Source: Rhizophagus irregularis
Taxonomy: Eukaryota
Reading direction: 5' to 3'
NCBI RefSeq assembly: GCF_026210795.1
Contig: NC_089432.1
Span: 558,001-622,000 of the forward strand
Length of the DNA stretch: 64,000 bases
This document shows positions 14,500 to 26,924 of this stretch, piece after piece (within the stretch, counting starts at the first letter, position 1; every line of letters begins with the position of its first letter). Made by a program: the position numbers and the translations under genes. Under the pieces are notes generated by a model that saw nothing but the letters and a program-made list of their open reading frames with translations, ran no database searches and was not told the origin of the DNA.

Positions 14500-16969
14500 C
14501 CGTATAGCGCTGCATACAGTACCCCCCTCAAATAGTACCCCTCCTAAATAGTACCCGTGTATTATTCAAGTTTACATTCGGGTATTTCTGAATAGTACCC
14601 CGGTACTAATCAAAATCCGATTTTGAATAGTACCCGGTACTAATCAAATACCGGTATATAATTACTAATAAAAATTCTTCATACTAACTAGGAAAAGGAA
14701 ACTGATCGCACATCATCACGTGCCAGATGTACAACAAACATTTGTGAAACCGATACGAATAGTATATAGTCCTTCGTTACACTTCGGACTAATAAAAAAT
14801 GTTTACAAGCAAATTTTTATTCCATGTGTTTTAACCTTGATTTATAAATATACTGTATAGTTCAATGTATACAGTATATGTACACTTTCATATAATTAAT
14901 TGTAATAAAAAAACAATTGCCGTAAAATGAAATTTTATTAACAAACCATCAATTAGCAATGGTTACACAATCAAAGCCACCCATTTTACTCATCCCATAC
15001 ATTAACGTAATTTGTTCCTTGTTCATCATAATAACCCGAATAGCCATCATCCTCCACCTCCTCATATTCACTCTCATCAGATTTATCCTCTTCATTTCAA
15101 TGTTCCTCATCACTTTCATCATTTTCAGATTCCTCATCACTTTCATTATTTCCAAATTCTTCATCACTTCCGTCGGTTCCATGTTCCTCTTCACTTGTAT
15201 CAGTTTCGTATTCCTCATCACTTGTATTTTCGTCCTCTTTATCTGATTGTGGTGCTACTTCATCATTAGGTTTGCTTGCTTGTTGTTCAAGACGATCATA
15301 ATTAAAAATCCAGCCATCTTCAGTTCCATCACGATTGTTAGAAATGCCACAGCATTTAAAGGATCGCTGAATCAAATTAACATCAACAGCTTCCCACGAA
15401 TCTTTGACCCAATGTGCTACAGTTTCATAAGTGGGTCTTTTGATGATGCCAGTTGGTGTTAAATCTTTTATAGTTTCCGCCATCCACTCATTGTATCTTC
15501 TTCGCATCTATAAGGTGAAAATAAAAATAAAATGTTTTTTAAAAAAAATAGAGTCGCCCTAGAAAATGGAGAGAAAATTAATAATTATTACCTTTGATTT
15601 AAATGATTTATTCACTGAAACATCCAAAGGTTGTAGGCGAGATGTCAACCCTCCAGGAATAACTGCAATATCAGTTTTTTTTTCGATGAAACACCTTTTA
15701 ACAGAATCCACGATGTGAGCAGAAAATGAATCTAAAACTAATAATGATTGTGGATTGGAAAGCCTTTCACGTTTAACCCATACATTTTCAATCCAAAAGA
15801 GCATCTCATTCTCATTCATCCATCCTTTTTGGTTTGTTCGAATAATAACTCCTGGGGGAAAATTTCCTCGTGGAATATTTTTGAGTTTGAAAATTATGAG
15901 TGGGGGAAGCTTTGTTCCATCTGCCATACAGGTTAATACAACTGTAAAATTTGTTCTTTCATGACCTGTAGTGCGGATGCTAACTGATCGTGCATCCAGT
16001 TCATCAACAGTTGTATTGGTGGGCAGATCAAATGATACTGGCGTTTCATCCATGTTTCCTATATATGCTAAGGGATAATCATGTTGTATGCGGCAGTACG
16101 TAACGAATGCCAAAAATGATTGCTGTTTTTCGATTAAATCTTCAGGTAAACGTTGTGCAATTGTAGTGCGACGACGATTACTCAATTTATTTCGGCTCAT
16201 GAAACCATCTAACCACTTATTACTAAACCTAAAAGACCTGATACCAGAACACATAACTTGCCATTGACGTTGTTGTGCAAGGGTCTGGGCTTTTATTTGA
16301 ATCATACTTCGTGTGACAGCATTTTGATTTTTTCTTTTTCTTTAACCCAGGTAACTAGAGCAGTTTCTAAAGCTGGATATTTTGGTTTTACTCCTATATT
16401 TAAACGTTTTACACCCGGCTGTACCTTTAATAACTGTGGTTTTTTAGATATCCAGTCACGAAGTTGCTTTGCTTGAATGTTGAACTTGTCTGCTGTCTTT
16501 CTTTTACTATGGCCGTTCTCATGATACATAATAATTGCAATTTTTTCACGCGCGTTCCATTGTCTTCGCTTTTTTTCTGTCATTGTTGAGCGGTTAATTC
16601 TTTTGTTTGCGCGGGGACCCATTTTATATGAAATAAAAGTTGCAGAATAAAAACGCGAAAAACGCAATTGAATTTCATGATTTATTCTGATCTGAATTAC
16701 GATCATCATTACAATAATTTCCGAATTTACAAAATTTTTACATTTTACATCTGAAGTTTTTTATTTTATTTTAAATTTTGCGGTTGAAAATTGTTAGAGT
16801 TCTTTTGATTACTTAACTGTTAATAATATTATCACATGATTAGTACCCCCTTTACAATGTACCCCTTTTTATAGTACCCTCCTCCTCACATAATACCCCC
16901 CCGGGTACTATTTAATCTAGGCTGGCGTTTTTGAATAGTACCCCAGGTACTATATGCAGCGCTATACGG
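14500..16969 (-). mobile_element. pogo-family (Tc1/mariner superfamily) DNA transposon nested in the foldback element
   Basis: 24-bp TIRs CCGTATAGCGCTGCATA(C/T)AGTACC with one mismatch. TA TSD at 14498-14499 and 16970-16971. Subterminal AATAGTACCC repeats at both ends. Confidence 0.93.
14986..16622 (-). pseudogene. pogo-like transposase (HTH, CENP-B-type HTH, DDE_1) with a frameshift and a nonsense codon
   Basis: Motifs NMDETP, LVLDSFSAH and LQPLDVSVNKSFK. Intron at 15508-15591. Frameshift near 16330 between ORFs 16302..16709 and 15559..16305. An in-frame TGA at 15097 interrupts an acidic tail that continues to TAA at 14986. Confidence 0.88.
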
Positions 16970-18179
16970 TAATAATTAAAAGATTTAATTTTCTGCATTT
17001 TTGAAATAATTTGTATTTAATAGTAAAAAGTAAAAACAAAAAATCATTTTTTAAATGTTAAATAACTTAAATTTACAATAAAAAAATTTTTTTTTGGTTA
17101 AAATATACCAAATTGCTAAAAGTTAAATTGCATTAACTTGTCATCAAGTAATTGTAAAAAAATAATACACAGCTTGTTGGATTGTATTGAGATGTATTAA
17201 ATGGTAGAAGTTTTATACCTTTAGGATTAATAAATAATAAGATATTTACATTGTTTGAAAAGAATTTTTTTGAATTCTTAAATATTTCCAAATGCCAATA
17301 ACTTTCCATCTATTGATGATAGAAACCACAATTTAACAATTTAACATGTCTTGATGAGACAAAGCTAACAAGTTATAATTTATTTTTTCTATGATCACTG
17401 GATTATGATAAATTGATGCAATTTATAATATTTGCATTTATAATGCTGACTAAATTTACAAAAACGGACATTAATGTCCGTTTTTATAATTCCGGCCAAA
17501 TTATGTCCGTTTTTATAATTCTGGCCAAATTTGCAAACGGACATTTATGTCCGTTTTATAATTCCGGCCAAATTTTGCTGGGCGAAATTATCTTAATTCT
17601 GGCCAAATTAATGTGTAACCTTGAAAATTTTTTTGCCTTTTTTATAGTTACAAAGTGGTATAAAATGTACATTAATGCAATCCTTGACCATGAGTTTATA
17701 AGTAAATATCCGGTCAAAAGTTATAAATTTGCCTTATTTGTAATTAAATGTTGGTAAGTTGTTTGGACCAATCAGATCTCGTGGGCTAATCTGGCCCATG
17801 GGCAGTTTATAAGCTAGGATGTAGTGCACTCCCACTTAGCTTAGAAACTATGTCGATCATTTGGCTGGGGTGAACCATGTAATTAGCGATTTTATTATGA
17901 ATTTTGATTGATTATGTCACATGATTGCCGATCATTTTTGCGTTGAAAGCAACTATAAAATTAAATAATGAAATGAAAATACTCCATAAGAACCGTTCCG
18001 CCGCTCAGTAATACCAATTTTTACGTTTAAAAATTAAAAATTAATTTTTGTATACAATATGCATTTGATATGTAATGAAAGTCTCTTTATAATGAAATTA
18101 AATTTTTTATTGTTAAATTTATCATTACCCGCAATGAAATTTTAATCGGAAATTTTTTTTTTTTTCAAATGTTAAATTT

Positions 18180-20311
18180 TTTCAGTTCCCCATTTTTTAA
18201 TTTTCATTTTTTTTTCTTGAACCGATTTTTTACTTTTGGTTCTTTTTTTTTTTCAAATTTCGTCATTTCTCTTTCGAAACATCTTTTCTTTTTCTTTTTC
18301 TTTTCTTTTTTTAAAAATTTTTTGGTTTCTTTCCTCTTTCTTTATTTTTTTTTTCATTCTTTTCACCGTTTAGATTTGGTTTTTTTTCCAAAACCGAAAA
18401 ATTATCATTATTTTTTTTTTATTAAATAATCTTTTTAACAGTGTTCGCAAATGACTTGAAATGACCAAATGATTCAAATGACAAATGACAAATGACATGT
18501 CATTTCAATGCTCAAATGACAAATGACCTTAGTCATTTGAATGTAATTTTGGCCAGCACTATAATTTTTGCCTACACTACATTCCTTATTTTTTAATTAT
18601 AGTCACATGATTATTTATGTGATAAATATTAGCCAATCAAAATCAAATGATTGAAATGACCAAATGACAAATAATTATGAATAATGACAAATGATTTCAT
18701 AAATCATTTAAAAGGTCAAATGACCAGGTCATTTCCGAACACTGCTTTTTAAGACTTTTTTTTAGACCATATTATTAATTTTTTTTTAAATTTTTTTTCG
18801 GTCTTTTTGGACTGAATTATTATTGTCCTTTTTTCAAAATTTTTTTCGGTACTTATTTTTTTTTTAAACCGATTTCTTTCTTTATCCTTTTTCTTTCCCC
18901 AAATTTTATTTTTCTTTTTATTTCGAATTTTTTCTTTTTTCAACCTAAATTTTTTTTTTCATTTTTATTTTTCAACCGAAAATTTTTTTCCCTTTTCCTT
19001 TTTCGGTTTGGCTTTTTTTTTCAAACCGAATTTTTTTTTCTGAATACATTCTTTCACCATTTAGGTTTGGACTGGTGATCAGATCAATGTTGCGGCGACA
19101 CAGCAGTTGTTTTTTTTCCCGATTCTTATTAATAATAAAAATATTTTTTTTGTATAAAGCTCAATAATAGACTAACATACTTATTTATTTATTATTTGTA
19201 ACAATGGATCGTTATAATTAATTTTTCTGGGAAATTTTTCTTTCTCATCGTTATAATTAATTTTTCTGGGAATTTTTTTTTTCATATTAATTAGTAAGAT
19301 ATTTTTTTTCAAAAAATGATTTTTTTTCGTACAATGTAACAACAAACTACTTAGATACTTATGTCGTGAATGTGTAAATAGGGAAAACGTAAATCAGAAA
19401 AAAAAAGTTTCAAGGTAACATTCAGCTTTTTCTGCTGCTGTTGAGTTTATTAACCATTTAATAAAGTTTTCTAAATTTATCTATCGAATTATGCTGTGTA
19501 AATATTGCAAACAAGAATATACTGGAGATGGATACTGTAATAAAACGTTTTCAACAAACTCATTTTATCTCTCAAATCAAAGATTATTATTTAGTTTATT
19601 AAAGTAGTTAGTTTTCCATCTTTTGGTTTTATTTATTTAAATTAAGTTAAAGTTTTTCTCATCATTTACATTATCTCTTATCTTTGTATATTATATTGAG
19701 TGATAGGATTATTCGATAAAGTTTGCCATCATATGATTGTATTAAATTGAAATAAGTTTCACAATCACTTTATTCTCACGATTAAAATTTTTAATTTAAA
19801 AGTGTTTTTGTTATAACAGATAACGAATTATTTAGTCAGTTTCACTAAATTATACGTTTATTTTTAACTTGGGGAAATTAATCACGTGATTTTTTGGCGC
19901 TGAAATCTTTTTATTAAACCAGATACATGAAGTGTATCCCTTGAATACAAATAAATAAAAATTCAAAATTCAAAAGAAAAAGAAAATTGGGAAAAAGAAT
20001 AAGGATGAAAAAAGAAATCGGTCTAAAAAAAATACTATAAGTCTTAAAAGACCGAAACAATAGGATTATTTAATAAAAAAAAATAATTTTTCGGTTTTGA
20101 AAAAAAAAACAATCTAAATGGAGAAAGAATGAAAAAAAAACAAAAAAAAAGAAAGAAAGAGGAAAAAAAAATGAAAAATTTTTAAAAAAAGAAAGAAAAA
20201 AGGAGTCAGTGTTTCAAAAGAGAAATGACGAAATTTGAAAAAAAAAGAACCAAAAGTAAAAGATCGGTTCAAGAAAAAAAAATGGAAATTAAAAAAAAAG
20301 GGGAACTGAAA
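18180..20311. mobile_element. Non-coding element bounded by long A/T-tract inverted repeats
   Basis: 18180-18430 (TTCAGTTCCCC...CGTCATTTCTCTTT) is the reverse complement of ~20060-20311, and similarity resumes after the nested MITE. No TSD was found. Confidence 0.65.
18439..18744. mobile_element. hAT-type MITE, 306 bp
   Basis: 17-bp TIR CAGTGTTCG(C/G)AAATGAC. Perfect 8-bp TSD CTTTTTAA at 18431-18438 and 18745-18752. Many AAATGAC subterminal repeats. Confidence 0.92.
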
Positions 20312-21547
20312 TAATTCTGATTGGTTGGAAAGAAAAATGAAAAAAAATAAAAAAAATTAATAAATCGTTATAATTTCGTAATTTTTACAGCTAATTTATT
20401 ATATTGTTTCACTAAAAATACGCCAAAAATTAATTATTTCAAAAGTTAAATATCGAATGAGCAAAAATCAATAATGCAAATTTGATTAAATATTCATAAA
20501 TCAGAAGTTAAAATGAAATTACTCTATAGATGCTATCATACTATATCAAAAACTTTATGGGACTTATCGGTAAATTGAAAAAACCCAATTTTTTATATTA
20601 TAAATATTACACATATCAGCTTCTATATGATGTAATATTATGCACAATAAGCATATCGATTCTTGCCTTATATTTAAGGCATATCAGACAAATTTCAATT
20701 TTCCAATATGATCCAATATTTACTTGATGTTTAATATGCTGATGCTTTTTTATTTGACCAGTGTACGTTACCATGTGTCTTGTTACATTTACCTTTAAAA
20801 TTCCCGTCCAGGAGAGCCGATGTCCTGGACCTACAAAAAAAAGATAAAAATAAACGTTAGTGAACATTCATTTAAATAAAAAAGAAAAAAAAAATCAAAG
20901 TTTTACTACCTTTGATATGGGAGTCCATAACTTGTCTTTTGGCTTCCTTTACCTAAAAAAAAGAAGTACGAACATTAGTGAATGTTCGTTTAAATAAAAA
21001 GAGAAAACTAAAAATTTGAAGGTTTTACTTTCAAAATTTCATCCTAGAGGTGTCCAGAAAGCCAAAAATTACAAAAATAAAACCAAAACATTAGCTAATA
21101 TTTCATTTAAATAAAATAAGAATAGAATTTTAAAGTATTACCTTTGAAATTCTGTTCAGAAGCCAAAAACTTAAAAAAAAGAAGAAAAGAACGTTAGAAA
21201 TGTTCTTTTATAAAAATAAAAAAAAAATTATAAAGTGATAAAGAATGGAAACCATTCAAGTCTGAAAATAGAAATTATGAATAGTTTTGTAAGTGAAACT
21301 ATTGAAGTTTGAAAGTTAAAGGAATATATGAAATAAATCTAAACCAAGCAAGAAAATATTAATGTTTCATTGAAAACATTTGAAAAGAAATAATTATATT
21401 ATTTATCCACAGGTGGCAGACATGGGTGATATTGTAGACCTGTTCTAGAATCTACAAAAAAGGAAGCGTTAGTATAACATTTCTTTCAAAAAGAATAAAG
21501 TTTTGTAATTGTATTCAAACTCATCCCCAAACTCACCTTTTCCTATT

Positions 21548-24260
21548 TTTTTTTTTTTTTTAAACTGTAGTGCATCTTTATTAAGAATTATGTCTAATGA
21601 CTTCCTAAATTACAAGATACGTAGAGCCAACATGTTTATACACCATGTTAACCCTATAACAGAGTATTCCGAACTATACTACTAAAATGCATTACAGAAA
21701 AATAATAAAATAAATACAATACCTGATAAAAATAAAATAAACTAAAACTAACAGACTATTTAATTTTTGAAACCTAACTATTTGAATTCTAATTTTTAAA
21801 GTGTAGGATTAAAAGTGAAATGCGTAATAGCGTCCAGGTCTGCCCTATGCAGCTTCAAGAAGATGAGTCCCAACGGTCTCACACCCAAACATTATATTCC
21901 ACCAAATCCCCCTTATACCTACAAAAAATAAAAGTTAGTATTCTAAAACTAAATTGAACGATTCGAAATAAAATACATTTTATTGTGAATTTTTGTTATC
22001 GGAATCTTTTTTAGCGTGAATCACGTGACTTCGATTAAAAATATAATTCATTTCTCCTCGTAAATATTGTCCTTCACTCTTCATTTCTTGTTGTTCTTCT
22101 TCTTCTTCTTTTTCTTTCCACTGTTCTTCTTTGATGGTGATGCCTTAGTTTCTAATTCTTCTTCTTCTTCTTCTTCTTCCTCGTCTCCTTCTTTGTCTTC
22201 GTTTGTGGAAGGGGAAGGGATCAGCTGCTCTCTTTGCCTTTTTTCTAAATAAAATGCCTTGAAAGCCTTGTTCCTCTCCTCTTCATCCTCTATGTCACTC
22301 CACTTACTCGGCGATTCTAATATTGGTCTTTTTTCGCCAGTCTTCTTTTCATCTTGGTAGTGATTTTCGTTCTCCAATCTTTGTTTAAAATTATCGTTTA
22401 GGGTAGTATATTCTTCAAATATTTTTGATTTTTCCGCTAAACTTATAATCTTTTGTCCTAAACGGAAAAAATTGTTTTTTTCCAAGGCCCAATTCTTTGC
22501 TTCGTCCCAATTTTTTATCCCATGCTCCTTGCGTAATTCGTCTACGGCCTCGACATTAATTTTTCCCATTCCATTGCATTGGACGTTTGATTGAAGATAT
22601 CTTTCACTTCCTTCAATTTGTCTACCAAACTTCCATCGTTGGTTGATTCTTGATACTGAACGTATTTGATTCTATTCGTTGTTCTGTAATCTTTTATGAT
22701 TTCAACCACTTCTTCAGGCGCTACATTATCTTTCTTCAATTGTTGTCCCCCTTTTTTTCCGAAGTGTCATTATGGTCTGGAGTACTCTCTTCTCCTACTC
22801 TCCAATTTTTGATCATCTCGACAACTTCATTTTTGTCTGGTGTCTTGCTTATCCTTAGTGGATTATCCGCTTTTGATGGATGTAATAAGCTTTCTTTTCG
22901 TGAGGCGAAGTTTCCTAATTCTCTATAAATTCTCTCCGGTGGTGTGATGGGTGACTTCGGTTCACTTGCCAGCCGTATAGGAGATCTCGTTCTATTTTCC
23001 GTATCTATAACCTTATCTTTGATTATCTTCTCTTATACTTTCGTCGCCCTTGTCTTTGCATCACCGTCTTTATATATCGTCTTCTTATTTCTCACAAGCC
23101 AAACTCTGTTGATATCTCCTTGTGTGCATGAATCCTCCACTGCTTCTTCCATTGCTTTGAGGTTCTTAAAATATCCAATCACTTTCCAATTTTTTGTGAT
23201 TTTGATGATTTTGATGAACGCTGTCTTGGAGGTTTGTTGCAGTTTTTTCGTGAAGTCGTATGTATTTCCCTTCTTTATGGATTCCATTTCCTCGTTAGTT
23301 AGGTCTCTCACAGTCTGCCATTGATCCCGTTCTTGTCGTCCTTTCAAACCTAGTTTCGCGTTGTACCATCTGATAAAGTTTTTGCTAATACAAATACCGA
23401 AATGTCCATCCAAGAACGTTTTTTCAAAATTTTCGTTCAAAGTGATTTTTGCCTTAACGGTTTTGTATTTGTATTGTCCTCGAATTTGCAGTCTGTAAAC
23501 TGTTCCAATCTTCATCAGATTTGTTCTTACGTCATCCTCGCTCCAATATTTTGGTATATCGTAGAAAAATATATCACGTGCCTCCTTAAACTGCTGATAA
23601 TTACTGGTATTTTCGGGTAAAACTGGTATCTCTAAAATTTCTTCCCGTTTTCTCCTGTTTGATGTCGATCTGCCTTTTTTGGATTTCTTCAGCTGATCAA
23701 ATTCTTTGTTGATATCAGTCTTAACCTTTTTTACCTCTGATCTCGTTTTCTCTACTTCTTGTGAAATTTTCCTTATTTGCTCATTTTTCTGTGATATTAT
23801 TCGTTCCTGTGTTTTCTCCAACTTGCCTTTCTTGTCCATCATGTGATCTTTCTGCCGCAGTTCTTCTCGCAGCTTTGAATTTTCCCATGAGAGTCTTTTA
23901 ATTTTGTCTATATAGACGTCGAAAGACGTTGCTGAACATTTTAAAACTATTTCTTGTATAGTCTCTTTTCTGCGTACAGCGTCGTTCCGTATTGACTCCA
24001 GGAAGTTCTGTTCTGTTTTACTGAGACTAGAGTCTCTTCGTGCTCTTTCTTGGCCTTTTACCATAGTTCGTGAGTCCGCACTAGAAAAATTTTTTGTTTC
24101 TTTTAGAAACCTATATCTATATTCTGTAAATTTGTATGCTGACTCCATTTTTGAAGTTTTTTATTTGGGTTTTATTAATAATAAAAAAAGAAAAAACTCG
24201 TAAAAGACGTTTTTCCTTCTGCTAAAAATTTGGGCAGAAGGTATAAAAAAAAAAAGGACT
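21548..24260 (-). mobile_element. Non-LTR retroposed element encoding only an ORF1-like protein (family A)
   Basis: 15-bp TSD TCACCTTTTCCTATT at 21533-21547 and 24261-24275. Poly(A) tail appears as a T-run ending at 21561. No RT or endonuclease ORF lies between the TSDs. Confidence 0.85.
22081..24148 (-). pseudogene. LINE ORF1-like protein (coiled coil, RRM-like domain, charged tail), disrupted
   Basis: RRM-like segment DIFFYDIPKYWSEDDVRTNLMKIGTVYRLQIR. The frame stays open past TAA 23033, then frameshifts near 22750 and 22565 link ORFs 22542..22739 and 22081..22569. Confidence 0.7.
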
Positions 24261-25679
24261 TCACCTTTTCCTATTCAAATCTGACCTGAACCCTACAAAA
24301 TAAAAAAAAGAAGTTATATAATGGTTTTTTTTTTAAAAAAACTAAAAAAAGTTTTGTAACATTATGAAACTTTATTCAAACTTATCCTGGAATCTAACTG
24401 AACTGAAGTAAACATCATTTCTTTAAACAAAAAGTTCAAGATTTTGAAGTTATTAAAACTTTAAAACTTACCCTGTTTATCTGAAGGGGATTCTTACAAA
24501 TGGAAATATTAATATAATAATATAACATTTCCTTTAAAAAAAAACTGAACTTTATAATAAAATATTACAAAACTCACCATGTGAAAGTAAAAAAAAAATT
24601 ATCTAATTTGATTATCCGATTTAAATCAAATAAAAATCTGTGAACTACAGATTATAATTGGCAGGCAATCTTAAAGAAATATTAGTAAATAAAATTTTGA
24701 AGAAAAACTTCAAAGTTGAAAACTTGGAATATATTTTATTTTGCTTTATTAAAACTAAAACTTTAATAACTGATCGTAATTATGAAATGCTTAATAACTA
24801 ATCATAATAATAAATTGCTTCACGTCAAACTTTATTCCAAACATAATCAAATATCACATGTCTGACAATTTTTATAAATTGACCATAAATCATATATGTT
24901 AAAATTTGGATGATTTTTAGTAACCCAAAATTAAGCCAAAATGTATAACAGATCTGCCAAACTTTTGCTGATTACTCATATAACCAAAAGTTTTGATTTT
25001 GACCAGTGCATTTAGGTGGTATCTGCTTTGTCTTTTTATTTACTGGTGATATCATAGATGGAGTTTTAAATCCATCATCAGTTGTATTAAATTTTAAAAT
25101 CAAGGAGTTAACCAAGCCCTGTAATTATTAATGAAATAATAATCAGAAATTTTCAATGTCATTATTCTGGTGTAAAAAAATCAAAACTCACTCAGACGTT
25201 CCATATGACTCATAATGCACATTTGAGATAACTAAAAGTTGTGAATAATATTTGTAGATTGAACATTTTGAGATATCTTTCATTTTTATGAATTAAACCC
25301 TCATTTCTGTCATATATATCTAGAATAATGTAAGCGAAACATATAATAACAACATCTCTTTACATATATCCAAGTTGGAGTAATCATTGCACCTGAATTC
25401 TGACAATAAATAATTGTAATTTGTTTTTTCCTTTATAGAGAAATCTTAACTCTAAGTTATCAAACATATCTTTCATAATTCTTGGCAAATTGTCTTTGCA
25501 GAAATTTTTTAAATTGAAACCAAATCTTGACCAAATCGCATGTTCATATTAAATATAAAGTAAAGTTATGGTCAAAACTCAGTTTCGACTTAATTAAAAT
25601 TCTTCAAGATGCAGTTACTGCATATTAAGACGATCGATAGTTTATTTTAATCGATTTCATTTCGAAGCCATAAATATAT

Positions 25680-25900
25680 TAATAAAAAATTTTAAATTTA
25701 TATTATCTAAATTTTAAATTTATATTATCAAAATTATAAATTAATATTATCGAAATTTTAAATTTATATTATCAAAATTATAAATTAATATTATCGAAAT
25801 TTTAAATTAGTATTATCGAAATTAAATAAATTAATATTATGGTTATTAAAAATTTATTATCAAAATTTTAAAAATTTAATAAATTGATATTATGAAAATT
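25680..25900. repeat. AT-rich minisatellite, ~21-22-bp unit AAATT(T/A)TAAATT(T/A)ATATTATC
   Basis: Multiple tandem copies are visible. Confidence 0.85.
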
Positions 25901-26924
25901 GTAAAAGTACTATTTTTGAAACTTTAAATAATTAATAACTAATATTACACAGCCCTGAAATAATACATATTTTGAATATACATATCATTTTTAAGATCGT
26001 GACTATTACCAATACATTCGTTATTCTTTACAATTGTGAATGAAATGTACACTATTAACTACATTAACCACGCTAATCTTTCTCCAGCTATTTTTTGCTC
26101 GTAATCTATATATTGGTGGCTTTATCCAATTTGTGTTCTCAAACCTAATGTTGTTAAGTCCAAGCCATTTCCGAACTGAACTGAACCACACCAATGGGTC
26201 AGATTTTGGCTTGACTTGATGCTCCGAAGCATTCAGTTTGGTTCAGCTTGAAAAAGATAAGCCAATAGGGGTCAATGGGGTCAATGGGGTCGATAGAACT
26301 AATATTAGATTTTGATCTAAATTTCATAAGAGAAATTAGTAACGTTTCAAAAATTACATTCCCGATATGTAAATGGTGTAGAATAGTACTGCCTTGTTCT
26401 TTTTCAAAGACAAAACTTGCATACTCAAAATATGATGGCGTGTTGTTAAGTATCACAGGGCTGTCTCTGAAATCTTCATATGCTAGCTCCAATTCTTCAT
26501 GAATATTCACTAATAGTGACAGTTTCACGTTTCTTTGAGGTATATGCTTCTTTCAGTAACTTGTAGATCGGAAGAAATCAAAGAGATGTTCTTGGTTCTT
26601 TTAACTTCTTGGTCTGGTCAACTGAAAGGTACATATTACCTAATAATGAAAGATTGTTCAAAATATGATGAATGGTATCCATAATGGACAAGTAATATGC
26701 TTCCCCAGTTTCTTTGAATATTGATGGCATTTTCTTGTTAGAAATATTAGTTTTTTGAGATTGTAGTATATATTGGAAGTAAAGGTAACCTCTGTCAAAT
26801 CATCAGCTATTTGGTATAATGTCATCTTTCCAAACTGTTGGTTGACAGACAATATAAACTAATTCGTCATATGCTTGGGTGGATAGTAAAGAATTGGCTG
26901 TAAGGGGAAACTCTTACCATCGAT

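Larger units (their letters stand above)
11912..17872. mobile_element. Foldback-type non-autonomous DNA element with very long inverted repeats and an 8-bp TSD
   Basis: Termini CACCCCAGCC...GGCTGGGGTG. TSD AACCATGT at 11904-11911 and 17873-17880. The outer ~420 bp are near-perfect inverted copies and similarity continues to ~750 bp. A central palindrome lies around 13663-13695. Confidence 0.9.

Noticed and set aside
14949..15269. His-rich and Met-rich short ORFs
   Set aside because: They are alternative-frame or antisense readings of the transposase acidic tail.
18169..18943. Phe-rich and Lys-rich ORFs
   Set aside because: They are artefacts of A/T homopolymer tracts in repeats.
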